The notes: generated from the letters alone by a model not told the origin. Shown: positions 47,746-61,436, numbered from the stretch's first letter. The stretch: 64,000 bases of DNA from an uncultured Chloroflexia bacterium (GCA_963780425.1 CAWABZ010000008.1:192931-256930); one strand, 5' to 3'. Translations and numbers: made by a program.

Positions 47746-50202
47746 ATGCGCCTGGCGCGTATCGGCGCCGTGGTGGCGCTGACGGCCGGTCTCATCGCGG
47801 CCCCGGTCGCGGCGAACGGACGGCCGATGACCGCGGTGACCCCGCCCCCCGGCCTGACGATGGAGGCCGCCGTCATGCTCGATGGGCATGCCCGTGTCGG
47901 GTCGTGGATGGCCATCGACGTCCGGCTCAAGAACGACGGCCCACCGATCGTGGGCGAGCTGCGCATCACGGGCGGGACGCAGGGGAGGACGCGCTTCGGG
48001 ACCCTCGTCCAGGCGCCGACCCAGTCCGACCAGACCCATCGCCTGTACGCGCAACCGCCGGGTTTCGGGCGTGAGCTCGAGGTCAGCCTCTACTCCGGAG
48101 AGACGACGATCGCCACCGCCAAGGCGGCGTACGCGATCCACGACGGGACCCAGATGGTGGTCGCCATCGTCGCGGAACGACCGGGCGACATCATCGGCGA
48201 CCTGGACCTGCTGCCCAACATGAACAACGTCAAGCCGTTGACTGTCGGCCTCGATGCCGCCGACCTGCCGACGCGTGTCGAGGCGTGGGGCGCGCTCGAT
48301 CGCCTGATCTGGCAGGACGTCGAATTCGACGCAGCTCAACAGCGAGCAGATCGCGGCACTGCGAGGCTGGGTCGCCGGCGGCGGTCGGCTCATCATCGCC
48401 GGCGGCACGGCCGGTCCGGCCAGCCTGTCGGCATTCCCCGACGCCATCCTGCCCTATCGGCCGACGACGACGACCGACGTCGCAGCGTCCTCGCTCGGGG
48501 CGCTCCTTGGCGAGGTGCCGGACGATGCCAAGGACCTGCCGGCACTGTCCGGGACGCTTACGGCCGGTCGGGCCCTGGCGTCGGTCGGCGACCAGACCGT
48601 GGCGGCCGAGCGACCGTACGGCACGGGCGCAGTGACGATCATCGGCTTCGACCCCACGGCCGCCTGGCTGAGCGGCACGCGCCCCGCCGAAGGCCTGTGG
48701 CGGAGGCTCATCCCGACCCGCTCCGCAGGCGGAGCCGCGATCAGCGATGACAGCCAGATCGTCCAGGCCGCATCGCAGTTGCCGACGCTGGCGCTCCCGC
48801 CGGTCGGCGGCCTGATCGCGCTGCTCGGTGGCTACATCCTGCTGATCGGGCCGGTGAACTACCTGGTCCTGCGGCGCCTCGACAAGCGCGAGTGGGCGTG
48901 GGTGACGATGCCGGCGCTGATCGCCGTATTCGCGGTCGGCGCGTACGGTTTCGGTTCCCTGCTACGCGGCAGCGACATCATCGTCAACGAGGTCGCGATC
49001 GTTCGCGGAGCCCCCGGCGCCACCGAGGGCCTCGCGCAGTCGTATCTCGGGGTCTTCTCGCCGTCGCGCGGGTCGTACCAGGTGCGGGTGCCCGGTGGCG
49101 CCCTCCTGTCCTCCCCGATCAGCGGTGACTTCATGGGCGTCGACGGAAACCAGTCCAGCCTCGACGTGCTGCAGGGCGATCCCTCGCGTGTCCGGGACCT
49201 CGGCGTCGGATTCGGCTCGTTGCGCACGATCCGCGCAGAGAGCGCGGTGACGGTGCCGCTCATCGAGGCCGACCTGCGCCTCGAGGAGGGACGGCTCAAG
49301 GGGACCGTCACCAATGCGTCGGACGAGGTGCTGAAGGCGCCGGCGGTGGTGCTGGGTGGGACCGTCGCCAAACTGTCCGATCTCGCCCCCGGCCAGACGG
49401 CCTCCGTCGATGTCGCGCTCCAGGTGGTCCAGATGGGCCAGCAGCTGTCCGACAAGATCGTCGGGCAGATCTTCTTCGGTGACCCGAGCCAGGGCGGCGA
49501 AGGCACGGCCCGGCAGTACGCACGGCACACGATCATCGACCAGCTCACGTTCGACCCGAACTGGGGCTTTACCGGCCAACTGCCGGCCGACGGCGCCGTC
49601 GTCCTCGGCTGGTCGGACCGCGAGCTACTGCCGGTCGAGATCGAGGGCCAGGTCCCCCGGCGGACCGGCAACGTCCTGTGGTTCCTGCCGGCCGACATCA
49701 CGGTCAGCGGCAAGACGACGTTCCGCCAGGACCTCCTCCGCAACACGGTCATCTCGAGCGACGCCGCGTTCTTCAACAAGGATCCGTTCAACATCGGCTT
49801 CGGCCGCGGCTCGGCGGAGCTGTCGTACCGGCCGATCTCGTTCGACGGCACGATCGACGCGACGCAGCTCGCGATCGGCTTCAACTTCGGAGAGTTCGGG
49901 CTACCCGGAGCCGAGCCGAAGCCGATCACTCCCCTCGGGACGATCCCCGTCGCCTGTGGCAATCCGCCGGTCGAGGGGTGCGTGCAGCCCGTGTTCGATG
50001 GCCTCCCCGAGGTCGAGCTGTACGACCTGACGGCGGGCACCTGGCGCCGGCTACCACACCTTGCCGGTGGGTCGCGCTACGCGGTCGCCGGGCCCGCCGA
50101 CTTCGTCGACTCGGCGACCGGCACGGTCCTCATCCGGTTCGTCAACGACTTCAGCGATGGCGTCAACTTCAACCTCGACCTCGCGATCACGGGAGACGTC
50201 AG

Positions 50203-50206
<4 letters not shown>
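47746..50206 (+). pseudogene. large secreted protein with a GATase1-like/DUF4350-like module and C-terminal TM-linked domains; one frameshift
   Basis: The signal peptide is MRLARIGAVVALTAGLIAAPVAANG (ATG 47746 in ORF 47668..48750). After the shift at about 48330 the frame of ORF 48515..50206 reads NSEQIAALRGWVAGGGRLIIAGG...YGTGAVTIIGFDP, followed by two TM helices and ~430 aa of beta-rich sequence. The family call is tentative. Confidence 0.55.
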
Positions 50207-51165
<959 letters not shown>

Positions 51166-51177
51166 GGAGGGACGACG

Positions 51178-52346
51178 ATGGCCGAGATGACCGCCCCACC
51201 GATCCAGCCGCCGGTCCCCCACCTCTCCACGTTCGCGCGGACGGTCGGTGGCATCGTCGCGATCGGCGTCAAGGAGCTGCGCGGCCGGATGCGCGGGCGT
51301 CGCGCATTCATCATCCTGACCATCTACCTCCTTCTCCTCGGCGGCTTCGCGCTGATGGTCGAGAAGGTGATGGAGAGCACCTTCAACATCGGGTTCGGCG
51401 GGACGAACGCGGCGGCCGGCCCGGCCATCGGCCAGGGCATCTTCGCGGCGCTGCTCATGCTCATGACCCTGCAGGTCGTGTTCCTGGCGCCCTCGTCGAC
51501 CGCCGGCGCGATCTCGCTCGAGCGCGAGAAGCAGACCCTCGAGCTGCTCGTCACGACCCCGATCAGCTCGCTCGCGATCGTCATCGGCAAGCTGCTCTCG
51601 GCGCTGATCTACGTCTTCCTGCTGATCGCCGCGTCGATCCCGCTGATGGCCGTCGTCTTCGTGTTCGGTGGCGTCGGTCCTGAGGACGTCGTGCGCGGCT
51701 ACATCGTGCTGATCGTGACCGCCTGGGTCTGGGCTCGTTCGGGCTGCTGTGCTCCAGCATCGTCAAGCGCACGACCGCCTCGACGGCGATCACGATCTTC
51801 GGCGTCCTGGCCATCACCATCGGGACGGTCTTCCTGCTGGTCTTCTGGCAGGCGATGGGGTCCTTCGACAACAACGGGAACCGGCGGCCTGGACCGCTCG
51901 GGATCCGGACACCGACGCCTCTCGCATGGATCAACCCGTTCATCGCCCAGGCCGACGTGCTGTGCGGCACCGAGTCCACCTTCGGCGGCGGCTGGTGCAG
52001 CTTCGTGACCGGCCTCGTCCCGGGCAACGACGGCGTCATCATCAACGGGAACAACGGCGTTCCGATGCCCGCCCCCATGCCGGCCATCCCCGAGAAGGGG
52101 TTCGTCGAGGGGGATGTCGTTGCCATCGACGAGGGCGGGGTGATCGCTCGACCGGCACCCATCAACGATGTCGTCGACCCTGCGCAGCCGTTCGGTCCGA
52201 CACGCGACACGCTGTGGACCAAGAGCGTCGCATCCTGGCTCGTCCTGTCCGTGATCTTCCTGTTCCTGTCCGTCCAGGCCGTCTCACCGACGCGCCGCTG
52301 GCACCTGCGCCGCGGCAAGCGGGTCCCGCGAGGACCCACTGCATGA
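51178..52346 (+). pseudogene. ABC-2 type permease with a large extracytoplasmic insert; one frameshift
   Basis: The N-terminal half is in ORF 51178..52008 (EREKQTLELLVTTPIS is typical of ABC-2/GldF-like permeases). After about 51725 the correct frame continues ...GLGSFGLLCSSIVKRTTAS... into ORF 51855..52346. Confidence 0.75.
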
Positions 52347-52439
52347 CCGTCCGCATCCGTCGCGCTCGGTGATCTCCGCCGGCGGGCACAACGCCCCGGA
52401 CACGAAGCGGCCGTCATCCCGCCCGATCCGCGCCAGTCG

Positions 52440-54305
52440 TTGACCGGTCCGCTCGACCCGTCGCTCGACGCGCTGCGAGCCACCCTGACGCCCCATCAGC
52501 GCCGGCTGTGGCTGCGCCGCATCGTGCGCCGCCTCTGGCTGGCAACGGCGGCGGTCGCGATCGGCGAGGCGATCCTGTGGACCATCGCGCGGTTCATCCC
52601 GCTCGAGGCGGCGCCGTTGGTCGCCGTCGCGATCCCGATCGTGGCGGTGCTGATCCTGCTCGTCGCCGTGATCCGCGCCCGTCCGTCGCTCGGCGAGACA
52701 GCGCTGGCCGTGGACGTCGAGGGCGGGCTCGGGGACCGCGTGTCGTCGGCGATGGAACTGGCAGTGGGCTTCCCCGCGTCGGCCACGCCCCCGGCCGAGG
52801 ACGTCGACCTCGACGCACCGATCGCGGCCATGGACGAAGCCGCCGAGACCGACCGGTTCGTCCGGCGTCAGCGGCGGGACGCGCTGCAGTCTCTCCGAAC
52901 GACCCCGGCGCTGTTCAAGCCGCGGTTCTCGCGGACCCCGGCGCTGGCCGCCCTTGCCGCGATGGCTCTCTTGGTGCCCGTGCTCGTGCTACCGAACCCG
53001 CAGGATGCGGTGATCGCTCAGCAGCGCGCCGTGCGTGAGACCGCCGATCGCCAGGCCGACCGGCTCGAAGATCTGGCCCGCGACCTCGAGAGCAAGGGGC
53101 GCGATGCCGAGGATCCGCGGACCCGTCTGGCCGAGGAGCTCCGCGAGCTCGCCCGCCAGCTTCGGGCCCGACCCGACGAGCTCGCCGCCAATCTGCGGCA
53201 GCTGGGAGCCGTCGAGAGCGACGTCCGAGCGCGTATCGACCCGGCGACCGAGCAGCGCGCATCGTCGATGACCTCGCTGTCGAGGTCGCTCTCCCGGGCG
53301 GCCACCGGCAAGCCGGACGCCAATCGCGACGGCGATCCCGAGCAGACGAAGGACGACCTCAAGGAGCTCGGCGACAAGCTCGACGAGATGACCGACGCGG
53401 AGCGCCGCGAGCTCGCCAAGCAGCTGGCCGAGATGCAGTCGACTGCATCGAGCGCCGACGGCGGAGCCGCGACGGCACTGCGTGACGCCGCCCAGAGCCT
53501 CGCCCAGGGCGACAACGCCGGGGCGAAGTCCGCGCTGGATCGTCTCGGCGAGTCGATGACCGGCGCGCAGGCGAACATCGACACGAACCGCGATCTCGGT
53601 GAGGCCGCGTCACGCCTCCAGGACGCGCGGCGCGAGTTGGCCGACGCAGGGCGCCAGGGTCAGGGTCAGCAGGCGCAGGGCCAAGGCCAAGGGCAAGGGC
53701 AGGGCCAGGCGCAGGGCAGCCCGCGACCGAGCGGCCAGGGTCAGGGCCAAGGTCAGGGTCAGGGCCAGGGGCAAGGCCAAGGCCAGGGTCAAGGGCCAAG
53801 GCCAGGGCCAAGGGCCAAGGTCAGGGGCAAGGGCAAGGCCAGGGGCAAGGGCCAAGGTCAGGGGCAAGGGCAAGGCCAGGGTCAAGGGCCAAGGTCAGGG
53901 TCAAGGGCCAAGGTCAGGGGCAAGGGGCAAGGCGCCATCGGTGGCGGCGGCTCGAATGCCCGCTCGCTGGGTCAGGGCACCGGCGGCAATGGCCTGCCGG
54001 CCGGACCGACCAACCCCAACAGGCCGGCGGAGCTCGGCGAGGATCTCTCGTCGGTGTTCGCCCCGTTCGATCGCGTCGGCAAGCCCGGTGATCCGTCGTA
54101 CGTCGCCGGGACCGGAGGCGACGGCCAGACCCAGCAGGGCAACCAGACCGGCTCGGGCACGAACAACGGAGTCCTGACGCCCTACGAGCAGGTGTATTCC
54201 GACTTCCTCAACTACGCGCAGACCTCGCTCGACCGCGGGTACGTGCCGCTGTCGATCAAGGACTACGTGCGCGACTACTTCAGCTCGCTCGACCCGTCCA
54301 ACTGA
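52440..54305 (+). CDS. membrane-anchored coiled-coil protein with a long Gly-Gln repeat (DUF4175-like tail)
   Basis: 621 aa. It has two N-terminal TM helices, ~250 aa of charged helical sequence, a (GQ)n tract and a conserved-looking C-terminus ...YVPLSIKDYVRDYFSSLDPSN. The start codon is uncertain. Confidence 0.6.
   Translation: MTGPLDPSLDALRATLTPHQRRLWLRRIVRRLWLATAAVAIGEAILWTIARFIPLEAAPLVAVAIPIVAVLILLVAVIRARPSLGETALAVDVEGGLGDRVSSAMELAVGFPASATPPAEDVDLDAPIAAMDEAAETDRFVRRQRRDALQSLRTTPALFKPRFSRTPALAALAAMALLVPVLVLPNPQDAVIAQQRAVRETADRQADRLEDLARDLESKGRDAEDPRTRLAEELRELARQLRARPDELAANLRQLGAVESDVRARIDPATEQRASSMTSLSRSLSRAATGKPDANRDGDPEQTKDDLKELGDKLDEMTDAERRELAKQLAEMQSTASSADGGAATALRDAAQSLAQGDNAGAKSALDRLGESMTGAQANIDTNRDLGEAASRLQDARRELADAGRQGQGQQAQGQGQGQGQGQAQGSPRPSGQGQGQGQGQGQGQGQGQGQGPRPGPRAKVRGKGKARGKGQGQGQGQGQGQGPRSGSRAKVRGKGQGAIGGGGSNARSLGQGTGGNGLPAGPTNPNRPAELGEDLSSVFAPFDRVGKPGDPSYVAGTGGDGQTQQGNQTGSGTNNGVLTPYEQVYSDFLNYAQTSLDRGYVPLSIKDYVRDYFSSLDPSN
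53655..53932 (+). repeat. hexanucleotide microsatellite (GGNCAR)n with interspersed 7-nt units
   Basis: About 45 tandem units (GGCCAA, GGTCAG, GGGCAA and others). Six 7-nt variants (five GGGCCAA, one GGGGCAA) occur in two groups of three. The reading frame therefore cycles from GQ to P/S-R-G to A/G/V-K/R and back to GQ twice. Confidence 0.85.
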
Positions 54306-54342
54306 GGGCGTCGACAGCCCTCGACGCCGCATCGGAGGCCTC

Positions 54343-55356
<1,014 letters not shown>

Positions 55357-55366
55357 CCGGGCGGTC

Positions 55367-56353
55367 ATGACCGAGCGAACGAGCCTCGACACCGGGGCCT
55401 CGCCGCCCGCGGGCGCCTCGTCGTCGGCGCCTGCGACGGCCGGCACCCGCCAGGTGTTCCTACCGAGCGAGGTCGACCCGACCGTCTTCGACGAGGCGTT
55501 CCTGCGCCAGCTCGAGCGGCTCCTGCTGCTGATGCGCTCGCCGGTCCGCGGCGGACTCAAGGGCGGTCGGCGCAGCGTCAAGCGTGGTCAGTCGGTCGAA
55601 TTCGCGGACTACCGCGAATACACGCTCGGTGACGACCTCCGCCAGCTCGATTGGAACGTCTACGCGAGGCTCGAGCGCCTGTTCGTGAAGCTCTTCGTCG
55701 AGGAGGAGGACGTCACCGTGACGTTGCTCATCGATGCGTCCGCGTCGATGGCCACGGGCAGTCCGTCCAAGCTCGTCTTCGCGAAGCGTGCCGCTGCGGC
55801 GCTCGGTTACATCGGGCTCGCCAGCGAGGATCGCATCTCCGTCAGCGCCTTGACCGGCAGGACGGCCCGTCGGCGGGCGGCGCTGCGTGGCTCAGGCCGC
55901 GTGTTCCGCCTCCTCGCGGACCTCTCGGCGATCGAGCCGGCCACGGGTCCGACCGACCTGGTGGCCGCCGCTCGCCACGCCGCCGCCCAGCTCCACGGAC
56001 GGGGCGTGATCGTGCTGCTCAGCGACCTGCTCGACCCCGGGGCCGATCGGGTGATCCGCGAGCTCGCCGCCACGGGCTCGGAGCTGATCGTCCTCCACGT
56101 GCTGTCGCCCGACGAGCTCGATCCACCCCTCGAGGGCGACCTCCGGCTCGTCGACACGGAGACCGACGAGCGGGTCGACATCACCGCAGACCTCGCCACG
56201 ATCGATGCGTACAAGGCGCGCCTGGCCGCATGGAAGGCGACCTTCGCCGACCTCGCGGCCCGACGCCGGGCGAGCTATGTCGACCTCGCCTCCGACGTCA
56301 ACCTCGCCGACCTGATGTTCGCCGAGCTGCGACGCCGGCGGGTGCTCGGCTAG
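55367..56353 (+). CDS. DUF58 domain protein (copy 2)
   Basis: ATG 55367 lies within ORF 55280..56353. The signature is FADYREYTLGDDLRQLDWNVYARLERLFVKLF. Confidence 0.85.
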   Translation: MTERTSLDTGASPPAGASSSAPATAGTRQVFLPSEVDPTVFDEAFLRQLERLLLLMRSPVRGGLKGGRRSVKRGQSVEFADYREYTLGDDLRQLDWNVYARLERLFVKLFVEEEDVTVTLLIDASASMATGSPSKLVFAKRAAAALGYIGLASEDRISVSALTGRTARRRAALRGSGRVFRLLADLSAIEPATGPTDLVAAARHAAAQLHGRGVIVLLSDLLDPGADRVIRELAATGSELIVLHVLSPDELDPPLEGDLRLVDTETDERVDITADLATIDAYKARLAAWKATFADLAARRRASYVDLASDVNLADLMFAELRRRRVLG

Positions 56354-56357
56354 GCCG

Positions 56358-58476
56358 ATGCCGTTCACGACTCCCCTCGCGCTGCTCGGCCTGCTGTTCG
56401 TGCCGGCCGTCATCGCGATGTATCTGCTCAAGCTGCGGCGGGACGAGGCGGTCGTGCCGTCGACGCTGCTGTGGACGCGACTCGTCGCCGATGTCGAGGC
56501 CAACGCTCCGTGGCAGAAGCTACGGCGCAGCCTGCTGCTCCTCCTCCAACTGCTCCTGGTCATCGCCCTCGCGTTGCTTGCCGCGCGGCCGTTCCTCGAG
56601 CGCCCGGCTGGCCTCGCCCGCGACATCGTCCTGGTCATGGATACCTCGGCCAGCATGGCCGCGACCGATGTCGTGCCCGACCGGCTGACCGCCGCCAAGC
56701 AGGTGGCAATCGAGGCACTCAAGGACCTCCCGACCGGCGGCAAGGTCAGCGTGATCGCCGCCGATCGGAGCGCACGCATCGTCGTCAACGAGTCGGGCGA
56801 TCTGGCGCGTGTCCGGCAGGCCATCGAATCCATCCCGGTGACGCGGACGCGGGGCGATCTCGGCGACGCCCTGGAGCTGGCCTCGAAGCTCGCCGCGCGC
56901 TCAGGTGACGCCCAGGTCCTGGTCGCGACGGACGCGGCGCTGGCCACGAAGCCGACCGCGCCTGTGTCAGCGCGGATCAAGGTCCTCCCGGTGGGGCGCG
57001 AGCGCAAGAACCAGGCCATCGTCGCCCTCGCCGTCCGGACCTCGCCATCCGCTGTCACCCGCTCCGTGTTCGTCAGCGTCGCCAACCTCGATCTCGATGT
57101 CGCGTCGCGCCGGCTCGAGCTGTGGGGCGATGACAGGCTCATCGAGGTGCGCGACGTGCGTCTCGACGCCCAGGCCCGCTCGGACGTCATCGTCGACGAC
57201 CTGCCACGCGACGTTCGTACAGTCGAGGTCCGCCTGGTCGCGGCCGATCCTGCGATCACCATCGCGCCGGACCAGCTCGCCGTCGACGACCGCGCCTGGG
57301 CCGTCATCCCGCCAGACCGCACGCGCCTGATCCTGATCGTCGGCGAGGGTGATCCGTACCTCGAGACCGCCCTGTCGTTCCTTCCCGACGTCGAGCTGTT
57401 CGGCGTGAGTCCGGCCGAGTACGGGCCGAAGTCCGACCGGACCGACGGACGGCCGTGGGACCTCGTCATCTTCGAGGGTTACCTCCCGGCGACGTTGCCG
57501 CGGACGCCCATCCTGGCCATCGCCCCGCCGCGAACGAGCCCGCTCGGCGACGTGGCCGGCAAGCTGACGAACCCGGGCATCGGGACGCTCGATCCGGACG
57601 AGCCGGTGCTTCGCTACGTCGACCTGTCGACCACCCACATCTCCGAGGCAGTGAAGCTCACGACGCCGACCTGGGCCCGGACGATCGTGCCGGGGCCGCG
57701 TGGCGCGCCGCTTCTCTATGCGGGCAACCGCGACGGGATCGGTGCCGCGGTGCTCGCCTTCGAACCGCGTCGCTCCGACCTCCCCCTGCAGGTCGCGTTC
57801 CCGATCCTCCTCGCGAACCTGACCGGCGAGCTGTTGGGCTCGTCGACGGCACCGACCGAGGCGGTCGATCCGGGCACGCCCGTCGAGCTGCACATCCCGG
57901 TCGGAGCGACGGGTCTGACGGTGACGCGTCCCGACGGCGCGAAGACCGATCTCGTGCCGAGCAGCACGGCCGGCGGCGCCTCGGCGGTCACCTACGCCGA
58001 CACGGACCTGCCGGGGGTCTACACGGTCAGCCCGATCGTCGGCCCGCAGGCCTCGGGGCCGCCGACGACGAGTGCCGGCCCGAGCACGGCGCCGTCTGCA
58101 TCGCCGACCGCGCAGCCCAGCTCCTCACCGGGCGCCGCGGGTCCGCCGGTGGTCGTTGACCCATTTGCGCCGGTGCGCTTCGTGGTCGACCTGTTCGACG
58201 TCAACGAATTCGACGATCGCCCCGGGCTCCGCGGCGACCATCGAAGCGCTCGGCACGACCGCAGTGGCCTCGCCCGCCCCGGGTGCGAGCGGGCAGCCGG
58301 GCGCCGGCCCCGTCACCGAGCGACCCACGACCCGCGACGAGATGTGGGTCCCGATCGTGCTGCTGATCCTCGTCGTGCTGTGCGCCGAGTGGGCGCTCTA
58401 CCACCGTGATGGCCTCGTCCGGGTGCGCCGCTCCCTGGCGACGCGCCTCGGTCGCGGCGCCGGGACGACCGCCTGA
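56358..58476 (+). pseudogene. BatA-like N-terminal TM plus VWA protein (~705 aa), one frameshift near the C-terminus
   Basis: The aerotolerance-regulator-type N-terminus is PLALLGLLFVPAVIAMYLLKLRR, and the MIDAS motif is IVLVMDTSASM. After about 58210 the frame of ORF 58072..58476 gives NESTIAPGS...MWVPIVLLILVVLCAEWALYHR (C-terminal TM). Confidence 0.8.
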
Positions 58477-61436
58477 TGGGCATCAGCTTCGACGCTCCGC
58501 TCGCGCTTCTCTTGCTGATCCCGGTCATGGCGCTGACCATCGGCCTGTACCTCAGCGCGCGCCGGCGCGTGGGGGTCGGCCGCCGCCGCGTCGCACTGCT
58601 CGTCCGCACGATCCTGTTGTCGGCGCTGGTCCTCGCGCTCGCCGGGTTCCGACTCGTCCTGCCGGTCGATCGCCTGGCGACGGTGTTCGTCGTGGACATG
58701 TCCGATTCGGTCGGGGCCGAGGGACGCGACGAGGCCCTGACGTTCCTGCGCGAGACGCTGGCCGAGATCCCGGAAGGGGACCTGGCCGGCATCGTCGCCT
58801 TCGGCAAGGAGGCGCTCGTGGAGCGGCTGCCGTCCGAGCTCGCGGAGATCGACCGGCTCGCCTCGACGCCCGTCCGCGGCGCGACCGACATCGGGGGGGC
58901 CCTGCGCCTGGCGACCGCACTCTTCCCGGACGACGCCCAGAAGCGCATCGTGCTGCTGTCAGACGGCAACGACACCACCGGCGGCGGGCAGGCCGAGGCG
59001 GCCCTCGCGGCGTCACGCGACATCCGTATCGAGACCCGCACGATCGGGCTCGGCGGCGGGAATGAGGTCTTCGTCGAGCGGGTCACGACCCCGCCGACGG
59101 CGAACCTCGGCGAGTCCATCGAGGTCGCCGCCGACATCCGCTCGTCGGTGCGGCAGCCGGCCACCGTGCGGCTGTTCGCGAGCGGCGAGAACGTCGCGAC
59201 GGAACGAGTGACCCTCGAGGAAGGGGTGACCCGCGTCACTTTCGACGTGACGCCGGAAGAGGCCCGCCTGCACACGTTCCGCGTCGTCGTCGAAGCCGCC
59301 CAGGACACCTTTAGCCAGAACGACCGGGCGGACTCGATCACGATCGTCAAGGGCGAGCCGCGAACGCTCGTGCTGGCCGGGGACGAGGTCGTCGCCGACG
59401 AGCTCGTGGAGGCACTGGTCACGCAGCGCCAGAAGGTCGACATCATGGTCCCTGAGGCCCTCCCGACGGACTTCGGTGCGCTGGCGACGTACGACAGCGT
59501 GGTGCTGGTCGATGTGCCCCGCACCCGGCTGTCGGACCGACAGCTCGCCGCATTGCAGGTCTACGTGCGGGACATCGGCCGGGGTCTGGTGATGATCGGC
59601 GGTCCCGATTCGTACGGCGCCGGCGGCTACCAGAAGACGCCTCTCGAGGAGTCCCTGCCGGTCGACATGGGTGTCCGCGATCGTCAGAAGCAACCCGATG
59701 TGGCGCTCGTCGTCGTGATCGACCAGTCCGGGTCGATGGACGCCTGCCACTGCAACACGTTCAACGGCGGCCAGGGCGGCGGCGGGGTCGGCATGGGCGG
59801 CGTCCGCAAGGTCGACATCGGCAAGGAGGCGATCCTGCGCGCCGCGGCGGCGCTGACGGAGCGGGACGAGCTCGGCGTCGTCTCCTTCAACGAGCAGGCA
59901 CATTGGGTCGTGCGGACCCAGCCGCTCGGCGGCGTCGAGGACCTGCAGGGCAAGATCGCGGGCCTCCAGCCCATCGGCCAGACCAATATCTTCGCGGGGC
60001 TCGAACAGGCCGTCGAGTCGCTCGAGGATGCGACCGCGACCCGCCGCCACATCATCCTGCTGACCGACGGCTGGTCGAGCAGCGGCCAGTACGACGCGAT
60101 CATCGAGCGGATGAAGGCCGCCGGGATCACGCTGTCGACCGTCGGCGCGGGCGGTGGCTCCAACCCGTTCCTCCAGGGCCTGGCGCAGCAGGGCGGCGGA
60201 CGGTTCTACGACGCCGCGAACCCGGCAAGCATCCCCGACATCTTCCTGAAGGAGACCCAGCAGGTCTCCGGCCAGCAGATCATCGAGGAGCCGTTCTTCC
60301 CGATCCTCACGTCGTCCTCGCCGATCCTGCGCGGCCTCGAGGACGGGCTGCCGCGGCTGCGCGGCTACAACGGCACCACGGCCAAGCCTGCCGCCCAGAC
60401 CGTGCTGGTCACGGCGCGCGACGATCCGCTCCTGGCGCAATGGCAGTACGGGCTCGGCCGGTCCGTGGCGTGGACGTCGGACTCGACCGGTCGCTGGGCG
60501 CGCGACTGGCTGGGTTGGGACGGGTTCTCGCGGTTCTTCAGCCAGCTCGTGTCGTGGACGTTCCCGGGCGAGGAGACCGGCGGCATCGAAGCCGCCTTTG
60601 ACGTCCGCGGCGGGCAGACGACGCTCCATGTCGAGAGCGTCGACGCGGATGGCTCACCGCGCGACTTCTATTCGACGTCGGCGGTCGTGGTCGGCCCCGA
60701 TTTCAGCTCGACCGAGGTCAAGCTCGTGCAGATCGCGCCAGGCGTGTACGAGGTGCCGCTCGGCGAGATCGAGTCGGGCGCGTACGGCCTGCGCATCACG
60801 CAGACGAGACCGGGCTCGACCCCGCTCGGCAGGACGGTCGGCCTGGTCGCACAGACCGCCGCCGAGTATCGGCTGCTCGGAGCGAACGAGCCGTTCCTGA
60901 CAGCCCTGCGGACAGCGACCGGCGGGGCCGAGGTCGTCACGCCGCTCGACCCCTGGGTCCACGACCTGCGCACCACGTCGCGCTCGACGGACCTGTGGCC
61001 GTTGCTGCTGGTGATCGCGCTGCTGCTGTGGCCGCTCGATATCGCGCTGCGGCGCGTGTCCATCGGCCGACGGGAGTTCGCCGCGGCCGGGGCGTGGGTC
61101 CGAGAGTTGCCGCGACGCCGGCGAGTGACGGCCGCGAGGACGGCCACGGGCGAAAGCATGCTCGCGACGCGCGGGCGCGCGACCTCGGCCGAGACCCGGG
61201 CGGCGCTGCTGCGCCCGCCCGAGGCGACGCCCGTGGCCGCGGTCCCGACCCCGACGGCTCCATCCGCGGGACCCGCGCCGGCAACCCAGCCACCGGTCGC
61301 CCGGGCCGCATCGTCCGCCGCCACGCCGAGCGCGAGCGCCGAGACCGCCGCATCTCCGCCAGCCGCCCCGGAGCCAGCCGCGCCCGACACGATGGCCCGG
61401 CTCCGCGACGCGAAACGGCGCGCCCGCGAGCGCTAG
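58476..61436 (+). CDS. 986-aa BatA-N-terminal / double-VWA / GATase1-like membrane protein
   Basis: Intact. The N-terminal TM pair is followed by VWA1 (VFVVDMSDSVG), a GATase1-like block (LVLAGDE...GRGLVMIGGPDSYGAGGY), VWA2 (VVVIDQSGSMD with a Gly-rich insert), a C-terminal TM and an Ala/Pro tail. The start overlaps the upstream stop (TGATG). Confidence 0.85.
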   Translation: MGISFDAPLALLLLIPVMALTIGLYLSARRRVGVGRRRVALLVRTILLSALVLALAGFRLVLPVDRLATVFVVDMSDSVGAEGRDEALTFLRETLAEIPEGDLAGIVAFGKEALVERLPSELAEIDRLASTPVRGATDIGGALRLATALFPDDAQKRIVLLSDGNDTTGGGQAEAALAASRDIRIETRTIGLGGGNEVFVERVTTPPTANLGESIEVAADIRSSVRQPATVRLFASGENVATERVTLEEGVTRVTFDVTPEEARLHTFRVVVEAAQDTFSQNDRADSITIVKGEPRTLVLAGDEVVADELVEALVTQRQKVDIMVPEALPTDFGALATYDSVVLVDVPRTRLSDRQLAALQVYVRDIGRGLVMIGGPDSYGAGGYQKTPLEESLPVDMGVRDRQKQPDVALVVVIDQSGSMDACHCNTFNGGQGGGGVGMGGVRKVDIGKEAILRAAAALTERDELGVVSFNEQAHWVVRTQPLGGVEDLQGKIAGLQPIGQTNIFAGLEQAVESLEDATATRRHIILLTDGWSSSGQYDAIIERMKAAGITLSTVGAGGGSNPFLQGLAQQGGGRFYDAANPASIPDIFLKETQQVSGQQIIEEPFFPILTSSSPILRGLEDGLPRLRGYNGTTAKPAAQTVLVTARDDPLLAQWQYGLGRSVAWTSDSTGRWARDWLGWDGFSRFFSQLVSWTFPGEETGGIEAAFDVRGGQTTLHVESVDADGSPRDFYSTSAVVVGPDFSSTEVKLVQIAPGVYEVPLGEIESGAYGLRITQTRPGSTPLGRTVGLVAQTAAEYRLLGANEPFLTALRTATGGAEVVTPLDPWVHDLRTTSRSTDLWPLLLVIALLLWPLDIALRRVSIGRREFAAAGAWVRELPRRRRVTAARTATGESMLATRGRATSAETRAALLRPPEATPVAAVPTPTAPSAGPAPATQPPVARAASSAATPSASAETAASPPAAPEPAAPDTMARLRDAKRRARER

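Noticed and set aside
53655-53932. Possible CRISPR array or mobile repeat suggested by the dense tandem repetition
   Set aside because: The unit is only 6-7 nt with no spacers. It lies inside a continuous ORF encoding a Gly-Gln tract, so it is a coding microsatellite, not CRISPR.
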